Below are positions 1-8,340 of a stretch of 32,000 nt of DNA, piece by piece. How positions within the stretch are numbered: position 1 is the stretch's first letter; every line of letters starts with the position of its first letter. The stretch is from positions 13,706 to 45,705 of the forward strand of contig CAIOIC010000028.1 in the NCBI GenBank assembly GCA_903858275.1, given 5' to 3'. The position numbers were made by a program, and so were the translations under genes. Source of the DNA: an uncultured Verrucomicrobia subdivision 3 bacterium (GTDB lineage Bacteria; Verrucomicrobiota; Verrucomicrobiia; Limisphaerales; UBA11358). The notes under the pieces were generated by a model, which saw only the letters and a program-made list of their open reading frames with translations, was not told the origin of the DNA and searched no databases.

Positions 1-1140
1 TTTGCTTACGAGCAGCGTGTTGTTTTCCAATGGCGTCGCGCCACGGTCGGTCAGGTCGTTGCCCTGCGCAGCGGAACCGATGATGACGAGTCGGTCGCGA
101 AAGTCGTTTGATAGATCATTTGTTTCGCCGCGCAAGCGGCGTTTGTCCTGCTTGAGCAGCTTTTCAACCGAGGTGCGGACAAGTGCTGGGTTGGTCACGG
201 TCAATTGCCAGTTGATGTAAAAAAAACCGTTGGCATCTACTGGAATCACACGGGTGACGCCGTTCGTGCCGCGCAAAATAATTTTGCCGTGCGGCAGATC
301 TACCTCGGCGCGATTCAACTCCAGTTTCAGTTCCTGTGCGGCTAGCTCGATGCCCAAATCCCAGACGCGCTCAAACGGACGGTCAAATCGCTTCCATCCG
401 TTCGGAATCTTTTCAACAAAATCATTCAGGTCAAAATTTTCGTTGCGGTCGAGCGTCACGGTGAAATTCGTTCCGGTCGGCAATGGCAGCACGATTTTAT
501 CCGGCGCGATAACCGCCTGATCCAGATTCACGCCCCACTGGCGCATGGCGGATTTGAAAGCCGGATGCCATTTAAGGCTGAAGCTTCTGATGCGGCGCAG
601 CACGCCATCGGCATCTTTCTCGGTCGAGATGTCGCCGAGTGCGAGCGAATTGGTGGCGAACAAATCGGGCGGGGTCACCTCGGCGGTGAAGGCAGAAATG
701 ACATTGCCGGCAGATTTCATTTGCTGGGCAAAAAACGCGTCAGATTCCACGGTGTTGGTGCCGGTGCCGTCCGCCAGCACCACCGGCGCGTGGTCGGGAC
801 GCAATTCGCCGAACAGCACGTCGAAGGCGATGGCCTTGGCGCCTTGTGCGGAAAGCTCCTCCACAATCCGTCCATAAACGTGGCGCGGCCAATAAAGCCC
901 GTAAGGCTGGCCCAGCAGTCCGTGCCGGAGGTCGGAGATGCTGGCATCATCCATCGCGACGAAGGCAAGATTGTTGGCTGTGGGCGCGGGAGAACTTTGT
1001 GCGGCGCGGACGCGGAGATCGTAGGTGAGGCGTTCGAGTCGCTCTGGGAAATCGGGGTTCCAGCAACGGAGACCGGGGACGAGCGCAAGGACAAGTATGG
1101 CCAGAGTGACGGGCGCGCCTTTGAGCCGCTTGATTTTCAC
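1..1140 (-). CDS. CHASE2-domain sensor protein, N-terminal ~380 aa; the gene continues past the left window edge
   Basis: Own translation of the minus strand from GTG at 1140-1138 is open to position 1. It is absent from the ORF track because no stop lies in the window. N-terminal TM segment (VTLAILVLALVPG), then LAFVAMDDASISDL...GLYWPRHVYGRIVEELSAQGAKAIAFDVLF, typical of CHASE2 extracytoplasmic sensor domains. The plus-strand ORFs here look like antisense shadows. Confidence 0.75.
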   Translation of the reverse strand, partial: MKIKRLKGAPVTLAILVLALVPGLRCWNPDFPERLERLTYDLRVRAAQSSPAPTANNLAFVAMDDASISDLRHGLLGQPYGLYWPRHVYGRIVEELSAQGAKAIAFDVLFGELRPDHAPVVLADGTGTNTVESDAFFAQQMKSAGNVISAFTAEVTPPDLFATNSLALGDISTEKDADGVLRRIRSFSLKWHPAFKSAMRQWGVNLDQAVIAPDKIVLPLPTGTNFTVTLDRNENFDLNDFVEKIPNGWKRFDRPFERVWDLGIELAAQELKLELNRAEVDLPHGKIILRGTNGVTRVIPVDANGFFYINWQLTVTNPALVRTSVEKLLKQDKRRLRGETNDLSNDFRDRLVIIGSAAQGNDLTDRGATPLENNTLLVSK

Positions 1141-1151
1141 CCTGTTGGATT

Positions 1152-1189
1152 AAACAAAAAACCAGCGCAACTCAAGGCTGCGCTGGTTT
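1152..1189 (-). terminator. Rho-independent terminator between the FecR-domain gene and the CHASE2 gene
   Basis: Perfect 10-bp stem aaccagcgca (1160-1169) / tgcgctggtt (1179-1188) with a 9-nt loop. On the minus strand it is followed by TTTTTTGTTT. Confidence 0.6.
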
Positions 1190-1217
1190 AAAAAATTATT
1201 TACGTAAAAAAATCTGA

Positions 1218-2063
1218 CTAGGTAGGCTTAGTTGGGGAGACCGGAGTCTGTGTGCGGTCTAAATCGTAGTGGGTTCGCGTGTGTTTAAAATTATAATCCA
1301 ACACTTGTATGTAAATGGTGCGGAGGGCGGTGAAAATATCGAATAAAATCTGTCTGAGTTCAGGGGTAATGGGAACGAGTCTGCCGGTGGCTGGGTCAAA
1401 CACTTGGCCCGAGGTGACTAGATAGATTTTATTGCTGCCGTCCGGCTGGGTCTGGGACAGCACCAAGCCTCCGGTGTGGGTGTCATAAACGGCAACCACG
1501 CCAGCGGCGGTGATGCTGAATAGCGTTCCGCGCACGCCAGCAATACCGTTGGGAATCTTCACCGTGTATTGGGATGCGCCGCTGATTTTCTTCACGCTGG
1601 CGTATATTTTGCCTTGCTTCAAATCCAGTTCGGTATCGCTGACCGTGTCTGCGCCAGTGTCGGTGATCGTCAGTTTATCGATTCCCAAGGTGGTGTTTGG
1701 GGTTAGGCGAACAACATTTTGCTCGGCGGAAGGTTTGTAAGAAACCATGCCGCGAACCGGCGAATCAGGGGCGAGCGAGATGCGTTCGGGCTGCCATTTG
1801 GCTTGGGGGAGTTCGATGGCTTTGCCTAAAACCACGTCAGCCACCCCGGTTTCTCCAGTGCGAATCTGCGCGCCGGGGGGAAGATATTTGCCAGCCACCA
1901 GCGGATGCCAATTGCCATCGCCAAGTGAATAACTGACCAGTCCTTCAACACGGACAACGGTGCCCCATCCCTGCTGAATGCCGGTGCCCGCGGTAGCTGT
2001 TAAAACCACGCCGAAAACCACACCGCACAACACAATGGCTAGCGCTTTTTGAAAACTTTTCAT
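1218..2063 (-). CDS. FecR-domain protein with N-terminal signal/anchor
   Basis: 281-aa ORF. Hydrophobic N-terminus, then GTVVRVEGLVSYSLGDGNWHPLVAGKYLPPGAQIRTGETGVADVVLG, the FecR-like beta-sandwich pattern. FecR-domain genes commonly sit upstream of CHASE2 sensors. Confidence 0.8.
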   Translation of the reverse strand: MKSFQKALAIVLCGVVFGVVLTATAGTGIQQGWGTVVRVEGLVSYSLGDGNWHPLVAGKYLPPGAQIRTGETGVADVVLGKAIELPQAKWQPERISLAPDSPVRGMVSYKPSAEQNVVRLTPNTTLGIDKLTITDTGADTVSDTELDLKQGKIYASVKKISGASQYTVKIPNGIAGVRGTLFSITAAGVVAVYDTHTGGLVLSQTQPDGSNKIYLVTSGQVFDPATGRLVPITPELRQILFDIFTALRTIYIQVLDYNFKHTRTHYDLDRTQTPVSPTKPT

Positions 2064-2131
2064 AGGAAACTTATGTTTTTTTGACTGGTTCTAACATAAC
2101 CGCAGGGTGTTAGTATTGTCAATCGACATTT

Positions 2132-4045
2132 CTATCTGAATAAGGGCGGCAGCACTGGCCGGCCCGAGGCCTTTTCCTTGAGCTTTGTCTCGCAAATCAG
2201 GAGATAATTCCACGCGGTATTATTTTTGCCGCCGAGTTTGATTGATCGTTCAAACCATTGCTTCGCGGCGGCGTAATCGCCGATCTGGACGTAATGCCAA
2301 CCGATATTGGCCACCATGTAATAGCTGTTGGGATCGCGTTCCTCGGCCTGGCTGAACCATTTTTCAGCCTCCGTAGGCCGGCCCAGCCAATCGAGGCACA
2401 TGCCCGTGCGCAAATAACCGTAGCCGTCATGCGGATTGGTGCGTAGTGCGAGCGCATACCATTCCATCGCCTGTTGGGCGAGCTTGGCGTAATCGGCATC
2501 GCCGTCCAGACTATGCGTGCGGAAACATTCACCGGCGTCGTAGGCGGTCTTGAAATTTTTTGGCTCGGATGCAAAAGCCTTGGCCAGCGCCGCGGCACGT
2601 TCCGATGAAAAATTAGGTAGCCGTTCCGCCCGCGCCAGCCAAAGTGTTTCCGGCCATCTCCGGCATTCCTGCGCGATAAAATAACTCGTTATAGACCCGA
2701 GCACGACCGTCAATGCCAGCCGCGTTGCCGCTTTCGGGCGATACCAGTGACGTTCGGTTGCAAAACGCAGGTTGCTGGCCACCAATCCCAGCAGCGTCAC
2801 GCCAATTAGTGCATTGGCCGGAATGTGCAGATTAAAATCCATTATTGAATGAATCGCTAGAGCACACAGTCCACCCGCCGCGCCAATAAAAAAGGCGAAC
2901 CGGTTGCTTTGACCGCTGCCAAAATCATTTTCTTCCCGCCGGATATGCGGCCAGGTTTTAACCAGACCGAAAATAAAAATGCCGATGCCTGCAAAAACAA
3001 CAATCCCGCCCACCGCGCCCCAGTCGGCCAGCAAGTTCAAATAATCATTGTGCGCGTGGTCGGGCCGCATCTGGAGACTTTCCGGCCGGTATTCAGGCAA
3101 ACGGTAATCGAAATGCGCCGGCCCGACGCCCGACCAAAAATGGTCCCGCCACATCCGGTTTGCCGCGCTCCACATATCCAGCCGCGAAGTCATGTCTATG
3201 ACACCCGGCCCGATATCGTCGGGCTTGGCAACGCGCCGCATGTAGCCAACAGTTTGAGATAGGTAGTGCGAGGCGAACAATCCGCCGCCCGCCAGCAGTA
3301 CGACCAATAGCAGCACTGCTTTCAGTCGATGATTGCGGTGCCCTAGTAAAATTCCCAGCACTAGCAAAATTCCCGCCGTCGCCGCCGCCCAACCGGCGCG
3401 AGAAAACGTCACTGCCAGTCCTGCCGCCAGCGCCACTAGCGCATAGCCGAGCAGAATCCGCGTCACGATGCCGACTTTGCCAACCAGCAGGAAAGCAAGC
3501 GCCAGCGGCAATATCAGTGCGAGGAAGCCCGCAAGATTGTTAGGGGAAATAAACGTGCCCGAGGCGCGGCCGGTGTAAGGTGAAACCATATTCCATACTT
3601 GGTTGGAATGGTGCAACAATTGCGCCACCGCGTAGCCAGCCACCAGCGTCGCCAGCGTGATGAGCGCGAAGCTGATTAGTTCCGCCTCGTCCTGCCCGCG
3701 GAGGTTGTTCACCACCGCGAGGAATAAAAAACCGAAAAGTAAAACCTGGATCAATTCCTGCCGCGCGACGTATTCGATGTCCGCCCTGAAATATCGCGCC
3801 ACAGCGTAAGCCATGAATGCCACGACCGCCCACGCCAGCGGCGGCCAGAGTAATTTTGGCTTGCGATTTAGCCAGAGTCGCACTGCCCACAGAGCGAAAA
3901 CCGCCACCGCCATTCCCTGAACAATGAGAAATGCCCACGCCTCCACCGCGCCGAATGCCAGCGTGGCAAAGACCGACATCGCCAGCACAAAAAACAAAAT
4001 GCCGCGCGCACACCACCAGTCGAGATTTTTGCGGGTCAAAACCAT
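2132..4045 (-). CDS. O-antigen ligase (Wzy_C)-like polytopic membrane protein with C-terminal TPR repeats
   Basis: 637-aa ORF with ATG at 4045-4043. Many TM helices, a periplasmic loop with RPDHAHNDYLNLLADWG (O-antigen ligase-like motif), and a TPR-like C-terminus (AMEWYALALRTNPHDGYGYLRTGMCLDWLGRPTEAEKWFSQAEERDP...). Confidence 0.85.
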   Translation of the reverse strand: MVLTRKNLDWWCARGILFFVLAMSVFATLAFGAVEAWAFLIVQGMAVAVFALWAVRLWLNRKPKLLWPPLAWAVVAFMAYAVARYFRADIEYVARQELIQVLLFGFLFLAVVNNLRGQDEAELISFALITLATLVAGYAVAQLLHHSNQVWNMVSPYTGRASGTFISPNNLAGFLALILPLALAFLLVGKVGIVTRILLGYALVALAAGLAVTFSRAGWAAATAGILLVLGILLGHRNHRLKAVLLLVVLLAGGGLFASHYLSQTVGYMRRVAKPDDIGPGVIDMTSRLDMWSAANRMWRDHFWSGVGPAHFDYRLPEYRPESLQMRPDHAHNDYLNLLADWGAVGGIVVFAGIGIFIFGLVKTWPHIRREENDFGSGQSNRFAFFIGAAGGLCALAIHSIMDFNLHIPANALIGVTLLGLVASNLRFATERHWYRPKAATRLALTVVLGSITSYFIAQECRRWPETLWLARAERLPNFSSERAAALAKAFASEPKNFKTAYDAGECFRTHSLDGDADYAKLAQQAMEWYALALRTNPHDGYGYLRTGMCLDWLGRPTEAEKWFSQAEERDPNSYYMVANIGWHYVQIGDYAAAKQWFERSIKLGGKNNTAWNYLLICETKLKEKASGRPVLPPLFR

Positions 4046-4104
4046 TGAATGGGAAAAATGAACTGTGCCCGTCGTTTTGGCAATCGCGCAGTTTTCGGAA
4101 AATT

Positions 4105-4180
4105 GTCGCGCGAAGGACGCGAAGGCGGCGAAGGTGAAAAATTCTTTCGCAAACTTCGCGTCCTTTGCGCGACTTTTTTC
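4105..4180 (+). promoter_or_regulatory. Long imperfect hairpin followed by a T-tract in the divergent intergenic region upstream of the aminopeptidase gene (attenuator/terminator-like or REP-like element)
   Basis: Arms gtcgcgcgaaggacgcgaag (4105-4124) and cttcgcgtcctttgcgcgac (4154-4173) pair over 20 positions with one G-T wobble. An inner extension pairs gcgaagg with ctttcgc. TTTTTT follows at 4174-4179. The left arm holds three GCGAAGG-like iterations. Confidence 0.5.
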
Positions 4181-4224
4181 TGCGGTGGCAAATTGAGGCG
4201 ATCCGTTTTATCCTGCGCACAATT

Positions 4225-5334
4225 ATGACCGATCCGCGTTACACCAAACTGGCGAAATTGCTCGTGAATTATTCCACCGCGCTCAAAAAGGGTGATCGCA
4301 TCCTTTTGGACATGATTGACGTGCCGGATGTGTTCACCGTGGAAATGATTCGCGCCGTGCGCGCCGCGGGGGCCACGCCATTTGTCGAGACGCGGCTTAC
4401 GCGTGTCGGGCGGGAACAACTGCTTGGCATCACCGAGGCGCAGGCGGCGGACGTGAGGGATATTGAAATGTTCCGCATGAAAAAGATGCAGGCCTATGTC
4501 GCCGTGCGCGGCAGCGCCAATGCCGCGGAAAACGCCGATGTGCCGAGCGGTTTGATGCAGATGTATTCCAAAATCATCCGACCGGTGCTGGATTATCGTG
4601 TGAACAAGACACGGTGGGTCGTCTTGCGCTGGCCCACGCCGAGCATGGCACAGGCGGCGGGCATGAGCACGGAGACATTTGAAAATTTATATTTCAACGT
4701 CTGCACGATGGATTATGCCAGGATGGCGAAAGCCATGATTCCACTGGAGAAACTGATGAAGTGCACCGACCGCGTTCACATCAAGGGGTCGGGCACGGAT
4801 TTGACTTTCAGCATCAAAGGCATCGGCGCGAAGAAATGCGAAGGCACCCGGAATATTCCTGACGGCGAAGTGTTTTCCTGCCCGACCAAAACTTCGGCAA
4901 ACGGCGTCATCCAGTTCAACACGCCGACGCTTTATTCTGGCTCGAAGTTTGAAAATGTGCGGTTGGAGTTGAAGAATGGCAAAGTGGTCAACGCCACGGC
5001 CAACAACACGAAACGGCTGAATGAGATTTTAGACACGGACGCTGGCGCGCGATTCATCGGCGAATTTGCCATCGGTTTCAATCCCTATATCCAGAATCCG
5101 ATGTGCGACATTTTATTCGATGAAAAAATCGCCGGCTCGCTGCACTTCACTCCGGGGCAGGCTTACGAGGACTGCGGAAACGGGAACAAGAGCGCGATCC
5201 ATTGGGACATGGTGCTCATCCAGCGCCCGGAATGGGGCGGTGGCGAAATCTGGTTCGACGGTCAGCTCATCCGCAAGGATGGCTTGTTTTTGCCGAAGGA
5301 TTTGAAGGCTTTAAATCCGGTGAATCTGAAATAA
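4225..5334 (+). CDS. M29-family aminopeptidase (AmpS/PepS/aminopeptidase T type)
   Basis: The ORF track gives 4165..5334. I prefer ATG at 4225 (MTDPRYTKLAKLLVNYSTALKKGDRILLD...) because the longer start lies inside the hairpin. The C-terminal region FIGEFAIGFNP...DEKIAGSLHFTPGQAY...SAIHWDMV matches the M29 metal-binding region. Confidence 0.85.
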   Translation: MTDPRYTKLAKLLVNYSTALKKGDRILLDMIDVPDVFTVEMIRAVRAAGATPFVETRLTRVGREQLLGITEAQAADVRDIEMFRMKKMQAYVAVRGSANAAENADVPSGLMQMYSKIIRPVLDYRVNKTRWVVLRWPTPSMAQAAGMSTETFENLYFNVCTMDYARMAKAMIPLEKLMKCTDRVHIKGSGTDLTFSIKGIGAKKCEGTRNIPDGEVFSCPTKTSANGVIQFNTPTLYSGSKFENVRLELKNGKVVNATANNTKRLNEILDTDAGARFIGEFAIGFNPYIQNPMCDILFDEKIAGSLHFTPGQAYEDCGNGNKSAIHWDMVLIQRPEWGGGEIWFDGQLIRKDGLFLPKDLKALNPVNLK

Positions 5335-5337
5335 AAA

Positions 5338-5366
5338 ACGGGCGACGTTTTTGACGTCGCCCGTTT
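5338..5366. terminator. Bidirectional intrinsic terminator between convergent aminopeptidase and LysR genes
   Basis: Perfect 11-bp stem acgggcgacgt (5338-5348) / acgtcgcccgt (5354-5364), 5-nt loop. Flanked by an A-run upstream and TTT downstream. Confidence 0.7.
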
Positions 5367-5381
5367 GCGGAAAATAAAATT

Positions 5382-6263
5382 TCAAATTGTGTCTTTGAGA
5401 ATCGTGAGGAACTGCTTCATCGCCGGCGAAAGCACCTTGTTCTTTTTGTAGATCGCGGCGAGCGGACGGTAAAATTCCCCGTCCTCAATCTCCACCGCAG
5501 CCAGGGTGTTTTTGGCGATTTCCTGAGTGACGGTGCCGATGGGGACAATGGAGATGCCGGCGTCAATTTCCACCGCGCGCTTCACGGTTTCAACGTTGTC
5601 GAATTCCATGACATGTTTCACTTCCACGCCGTATTCGCGCAGGATTTTGTCGAGCGCCTTGCGGGTTGGAATATCGGGTTCAAACCCGATGACTTTCTGG
5701 CCGGTGAGCGATTTGAGCTTTACGGATTTCTGTTTGGCAAACGGATGTTGTGGGTGGCAGATGAAGACCAGCGGTTCCTTGCGCAACGGGATGATTTCCA
5801 ACTTGGAGTCCTTTACCGGATAGGCTACGAGACCCATATCCACGATATTGCTCATCACGTCTTCATAAACCTGATTGGCACGGCGATACTCGACGTGAAC
5901 ATTCACTGTCGGGTAGCTTTTCATGAACTTCTTGATGTAGGGCGGCAAGTCGTGCAGGCCGATGGAATAAATCGTCGCCACGCGGATCGTGCCGGAAATG
6001 ATGTCTTTCAAATCCTGCAATTTGCTATGCAGCGATTCATAAGTCTGAATGATTTGCTTGCTGTAATCGTAGAGCACCTGGCCTTCGCGGGTGAGGCGGA
6101 ACTTCTTTTTGCTGCGCTCAATCAGCAGTGATTTGAAGGTCCGTTCCAGCGAACTGATTTGCTGGCTGACCGCCGATTGGGTGACAGAATTGATTTGTGC
6201 GGCCTTGGTGAAACTTTCCGTTTCAGCCAAATCGCAGAATACTTTCAGGCTTTCGATTTGCAT
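5382..6263 (-). CDS. LysR-family transcriptional regulator
   Basis: 293 aa. N-terminal HTH MQIESLKVFCDLAETESFTKAAQINSVTQSAVSQQISSLE plus a LysR substrate-binding domain. Starts 27 nt downstream of the kinase gene on the same strand. Confidence 0.9.
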   Translation of the reverse strand: MQIESLKVFCDLAETESFTKAAQINSVTQSAVSQQISSLERTFKSLLIERSKKKFRLTREGQVLYDYSKQIIQTYESLHSKLQDLKDIISGTIRVATIYSIGLHDLPPYIKKFMKSYPTVNVHVEYRRANQVYEDVMSNIVDMGLVAYPVKDSKLEIIPLRKEPLVFICHPQHPFAKQKSVKLKSLTGQKVIGFEPDIPTRKALDKILREYGVEVKHVMEFDNVETVKRAVEIDAGISIVPIGTVTQEIAKNTLAAVEIEDGEFYRPLAAIYKKNKVLSPAMKQFLTILKDTI

Positions 6264-6290
6264 AAGCCAAGTTAAACAAAAACATCGGAA

Positions 6291-7790
6291 TCAGTCAACC
6301 GCCGTTGTTGGGCGCAGCGCCGTTCGGACCTTGAGCAGCAGTTCCGTGCTGGTAAACGGCTTTTGCAGATACCCGCCGCCCGCCTGTTTGTTTTTGTCTT
6401 CGGGCATCACATAGCCGCTCGTGCAAAGGATTGGCAGCGCTGGCTCCGTCTGCCGGATTTTTTCGATTAGTTCACGGCCGCCCATGCCCGGCATTACCAG
6501 ATCCGTAATGACCAGATCCACCTTTGTTCCCGGCTGCCCTAAAATTTGCAGCGCTTTCTGCCCGTTGCTCGCGGTTAAAACCTTATAGCCAAAGTCCGAT
6601 AAAATTGTCTCGGCCATCGTCAGCAAAAGGATCTCATCATCCACCACGAGAATTGTGCCGGTGCCGCGCAAACCCTTGTCCGTATCCAGCGCTTCAAGGA
6701 CAAAACCTCGTTCTGCTGGCAAATAAACCCGTGCCGAAGTGCCCTGGGCCGGCTGGCTGGAAATCGCCACGCCGCCGCCGTGATTGGTGATAATGCCATA
6801 AACCAGCGCCAGTCCCAATCCGCGGTGCGGCGCCCGTTTGGTTGTAAAGAACGGCTCAAAAATCCTGGGCAGGCTCTCTGTTTCAATCCCCAGGCCCTTG
6901 TCCGAAATTTCCACGCAAACGTAATTGCCTGCGGCTAGTCGGACATTGCGGTCTTGGGTTGCCTCCGTCAGTTCCACATTTCGGGTCTGCACGGAAATTT
7001 GCCCGGTGGCGCCCGGAGCAAATGCTTCCACGGCGTTCTCCAAAACTTTCGTCAGTGCCTGTTGCACTTTGGCCTCGTCGAATCGCGCCATAAACAACGC
7101 GCGTTCCAGCGTTAGCCGCCAAGTGAACCGTGGACCGTGGGCATTCTGAAAAAATTCCACACAGCGGCTGGTCAGCAGGTTTAAATTTCCCGTTGGCGTG
7201 CGCCGCGTTTGTTTTTCCTGACGGCTGAATACGGCCAGGTCACTTGCAATTTCCGCCGCGCGGGCCGCCGATTTTTCCACTTCCAGTAAGGAATTGCGGC
7301 AGGGATGATCCGCCCCGATTTTGCCCAGCACCAGCGAAGTGTGCGCCAGCACGCCTGTCAGGGCATTGTTGAAATCCAGCGATACGGTTCGCGCGAGTTG
7401 TAGCACGCAATCCAGCTTCTGTTTCAGCGCTGCGTCGCTCGCCGGTGCGGCTTTTGGCTCAGGCGCACCAGGGGGAAGCAGTTGAAGTAAAAATTGTTTT
7501 TTTTCGTCGCCGGAAGACGGGCAGATTACCGCTGAAAATGCTTCGGCGCTGCCCGCCACTTGAAATTTTAGAATGGCTGGCGCCGATGAATTGGAACGCG
7601 CCAAAAATTCCGCCGCCGTGCCGCTGTTTTCAGGGGACCAAAGAGAAACCAACGATGCCGCATCATCGCTCAAGGCCGTGCCAAAGATGTTTTTGGCCAC
7701 CTCGTTGGCTGTCAAAATGACGCCATCGGCGTCCACCAGCAAGGCTGGCCACGTCGCGCTCTCTAGACCAAATACAACTTCAGAGTTCAT
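6291..7790 (-). CDS. Soluble hybrid sensor histidine kinase (PAS-like N-terminus, DHp, HATPase_c, C-terminal receiver) with a non-canonical H-box
   Basis: 499 aa. ATP-lid motifs are present (ENAVEAF, SDKGLGI, IFEPFFTTK, GLGLALVYG). The receiver has DD, ITDLVMP, CTSGY and QKPF. The H-box reads VSLDFNNALTGVLAHTSL where this kinase subfamily normally has AHDFNN. Confidence 0.85.
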   Translation of the reverse strand: MNSEVVFGLESATWPALLVDADGVILTANEVAKNIFGTALSDDAASLVSLWSPENSGTAAEFLARSNSSAPAILKFQVAGSAEAFSAVICPSSGDEKKQFLLQLLPPGAPEPKAAPASDAALKQKLDCVLQLARTVSLDFNNALTGVLAHTSLVLGKIGADHPCRNSLLEVEKSAARAAEIASDLAVFSRQEKQTRRTPTGNLNLLTSRCVEFFQNAHGPRFTWRLTLERALFMARFDEAKVQQALTKVLENAVEAFAPGATGQISVQTRNVELTEATQDRNVRLAAGNYVCVEISDKGLGIETESLPRIFEPFFTTKRAPHRGLGLALVYGIITNHGGGVAISSQPAQGTSARVYLPAERGFVLEALDTDKGLRGTGTILVVDDEILLLTMAETILSDFGYKVLTASNGQKALQILGQPGTKVDLVITDLVMPGMGGRELIEKIRQTEPALPILCTSGYVMPEDKNKQAGGGYLQKPFTSTELLLKVRTALRPTTAVD

Positions 7791-7865
7791 GAACTACGGA
7801 TTTAAGAGGCTACGTTGATTTCGACAAATATCAAGACGCATTAACAGGGTGATTAACTGGCGGCA

Positions 7866-8237
7866 TTAATTTTTTAAGACAAACGCCGCCGGCAAAAGTT
7901 TGCGCGCGGTGAAAGCCTTTGCGATTCTCAAATCATTGCTGTCCGCCACGAAAACTTTGGCATCAGGCGCATATTCCGCGAGTAATTGGCGGCACACACC
8001 CAGGGCATGGGTCCGCCGTCGCATCGCGTCATGATGGCGATGGTGGGGAAGTTTTTATGCCCATCCGTCAGAGCCTTTAAAAAGGGTTATCTGCTCCGCG
8101 CAGCAGGTCAAGCCGTACCTGGCATTCTCCACATTAGCTCCGCCTGTGCTTATGCCGGATTTCGTGAGCCGTGCCGTGCCAACCTTGTGCTTCGAATACG
8201 GCGACCCCGACCCCAGTCGTGCCTTCGCCGCCGCCAC
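7866..8237 (-). pseudogene. cdd: Cytidine deaminase (cdd) reading frame interrupted by two opposite frameshifts and a premature TAA
   Basis: Own three-frame reading. Frame A gives SPYSKHKVGTARLTKSGISTGGANVENARYGLTCCAEQITLFKGSDGWA then stop (8057-8055). Frame B gives HKNFPTIAIMTRCDGGPMPW. Back in frame A: LGVCRQLLAEYAPDAKVFVADSNDLRIAKAFTARKLLPAAF, stop at 7868-7866. Joined, these rebuild the CDD signature (PYS.F.VGAA, C-AE, PCG.CRQ, LLP.AF). Confidence 0.65.
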
Positions 8238-8340
8238 AAGTTTTTTAGAATCTATTTTCCTTTTGTATCAACCGCGAAATACCCGAACCACGCGAAATGA
8301 AACGGAAAACCTTTTCCCATATTTGGCGTATTTCATGGTA

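Noticed and set aside
565-1191. 208-aa plus-strand ORF, and the neighbouring 2..220, 230..520 and 545..877 ORFs, overlapping the left-edge region
   Set aside because: Their composition is typical of antisense shadow frames in GC-rich coding DNA (R/G/A/H-rich, no motifs). The opposite strand encodes a clean CHASE2 N-terminus open to the window edge.
4165-4224. Upstream alternative start for the aminopeptidase (ORF track 4165..5334)
   Set aside because: The extra 20 codons lie within the right arm and T-tract of the large hairpin and encode a non-conserved peptide. The M29-like N-terminus begins at ATG 4225.
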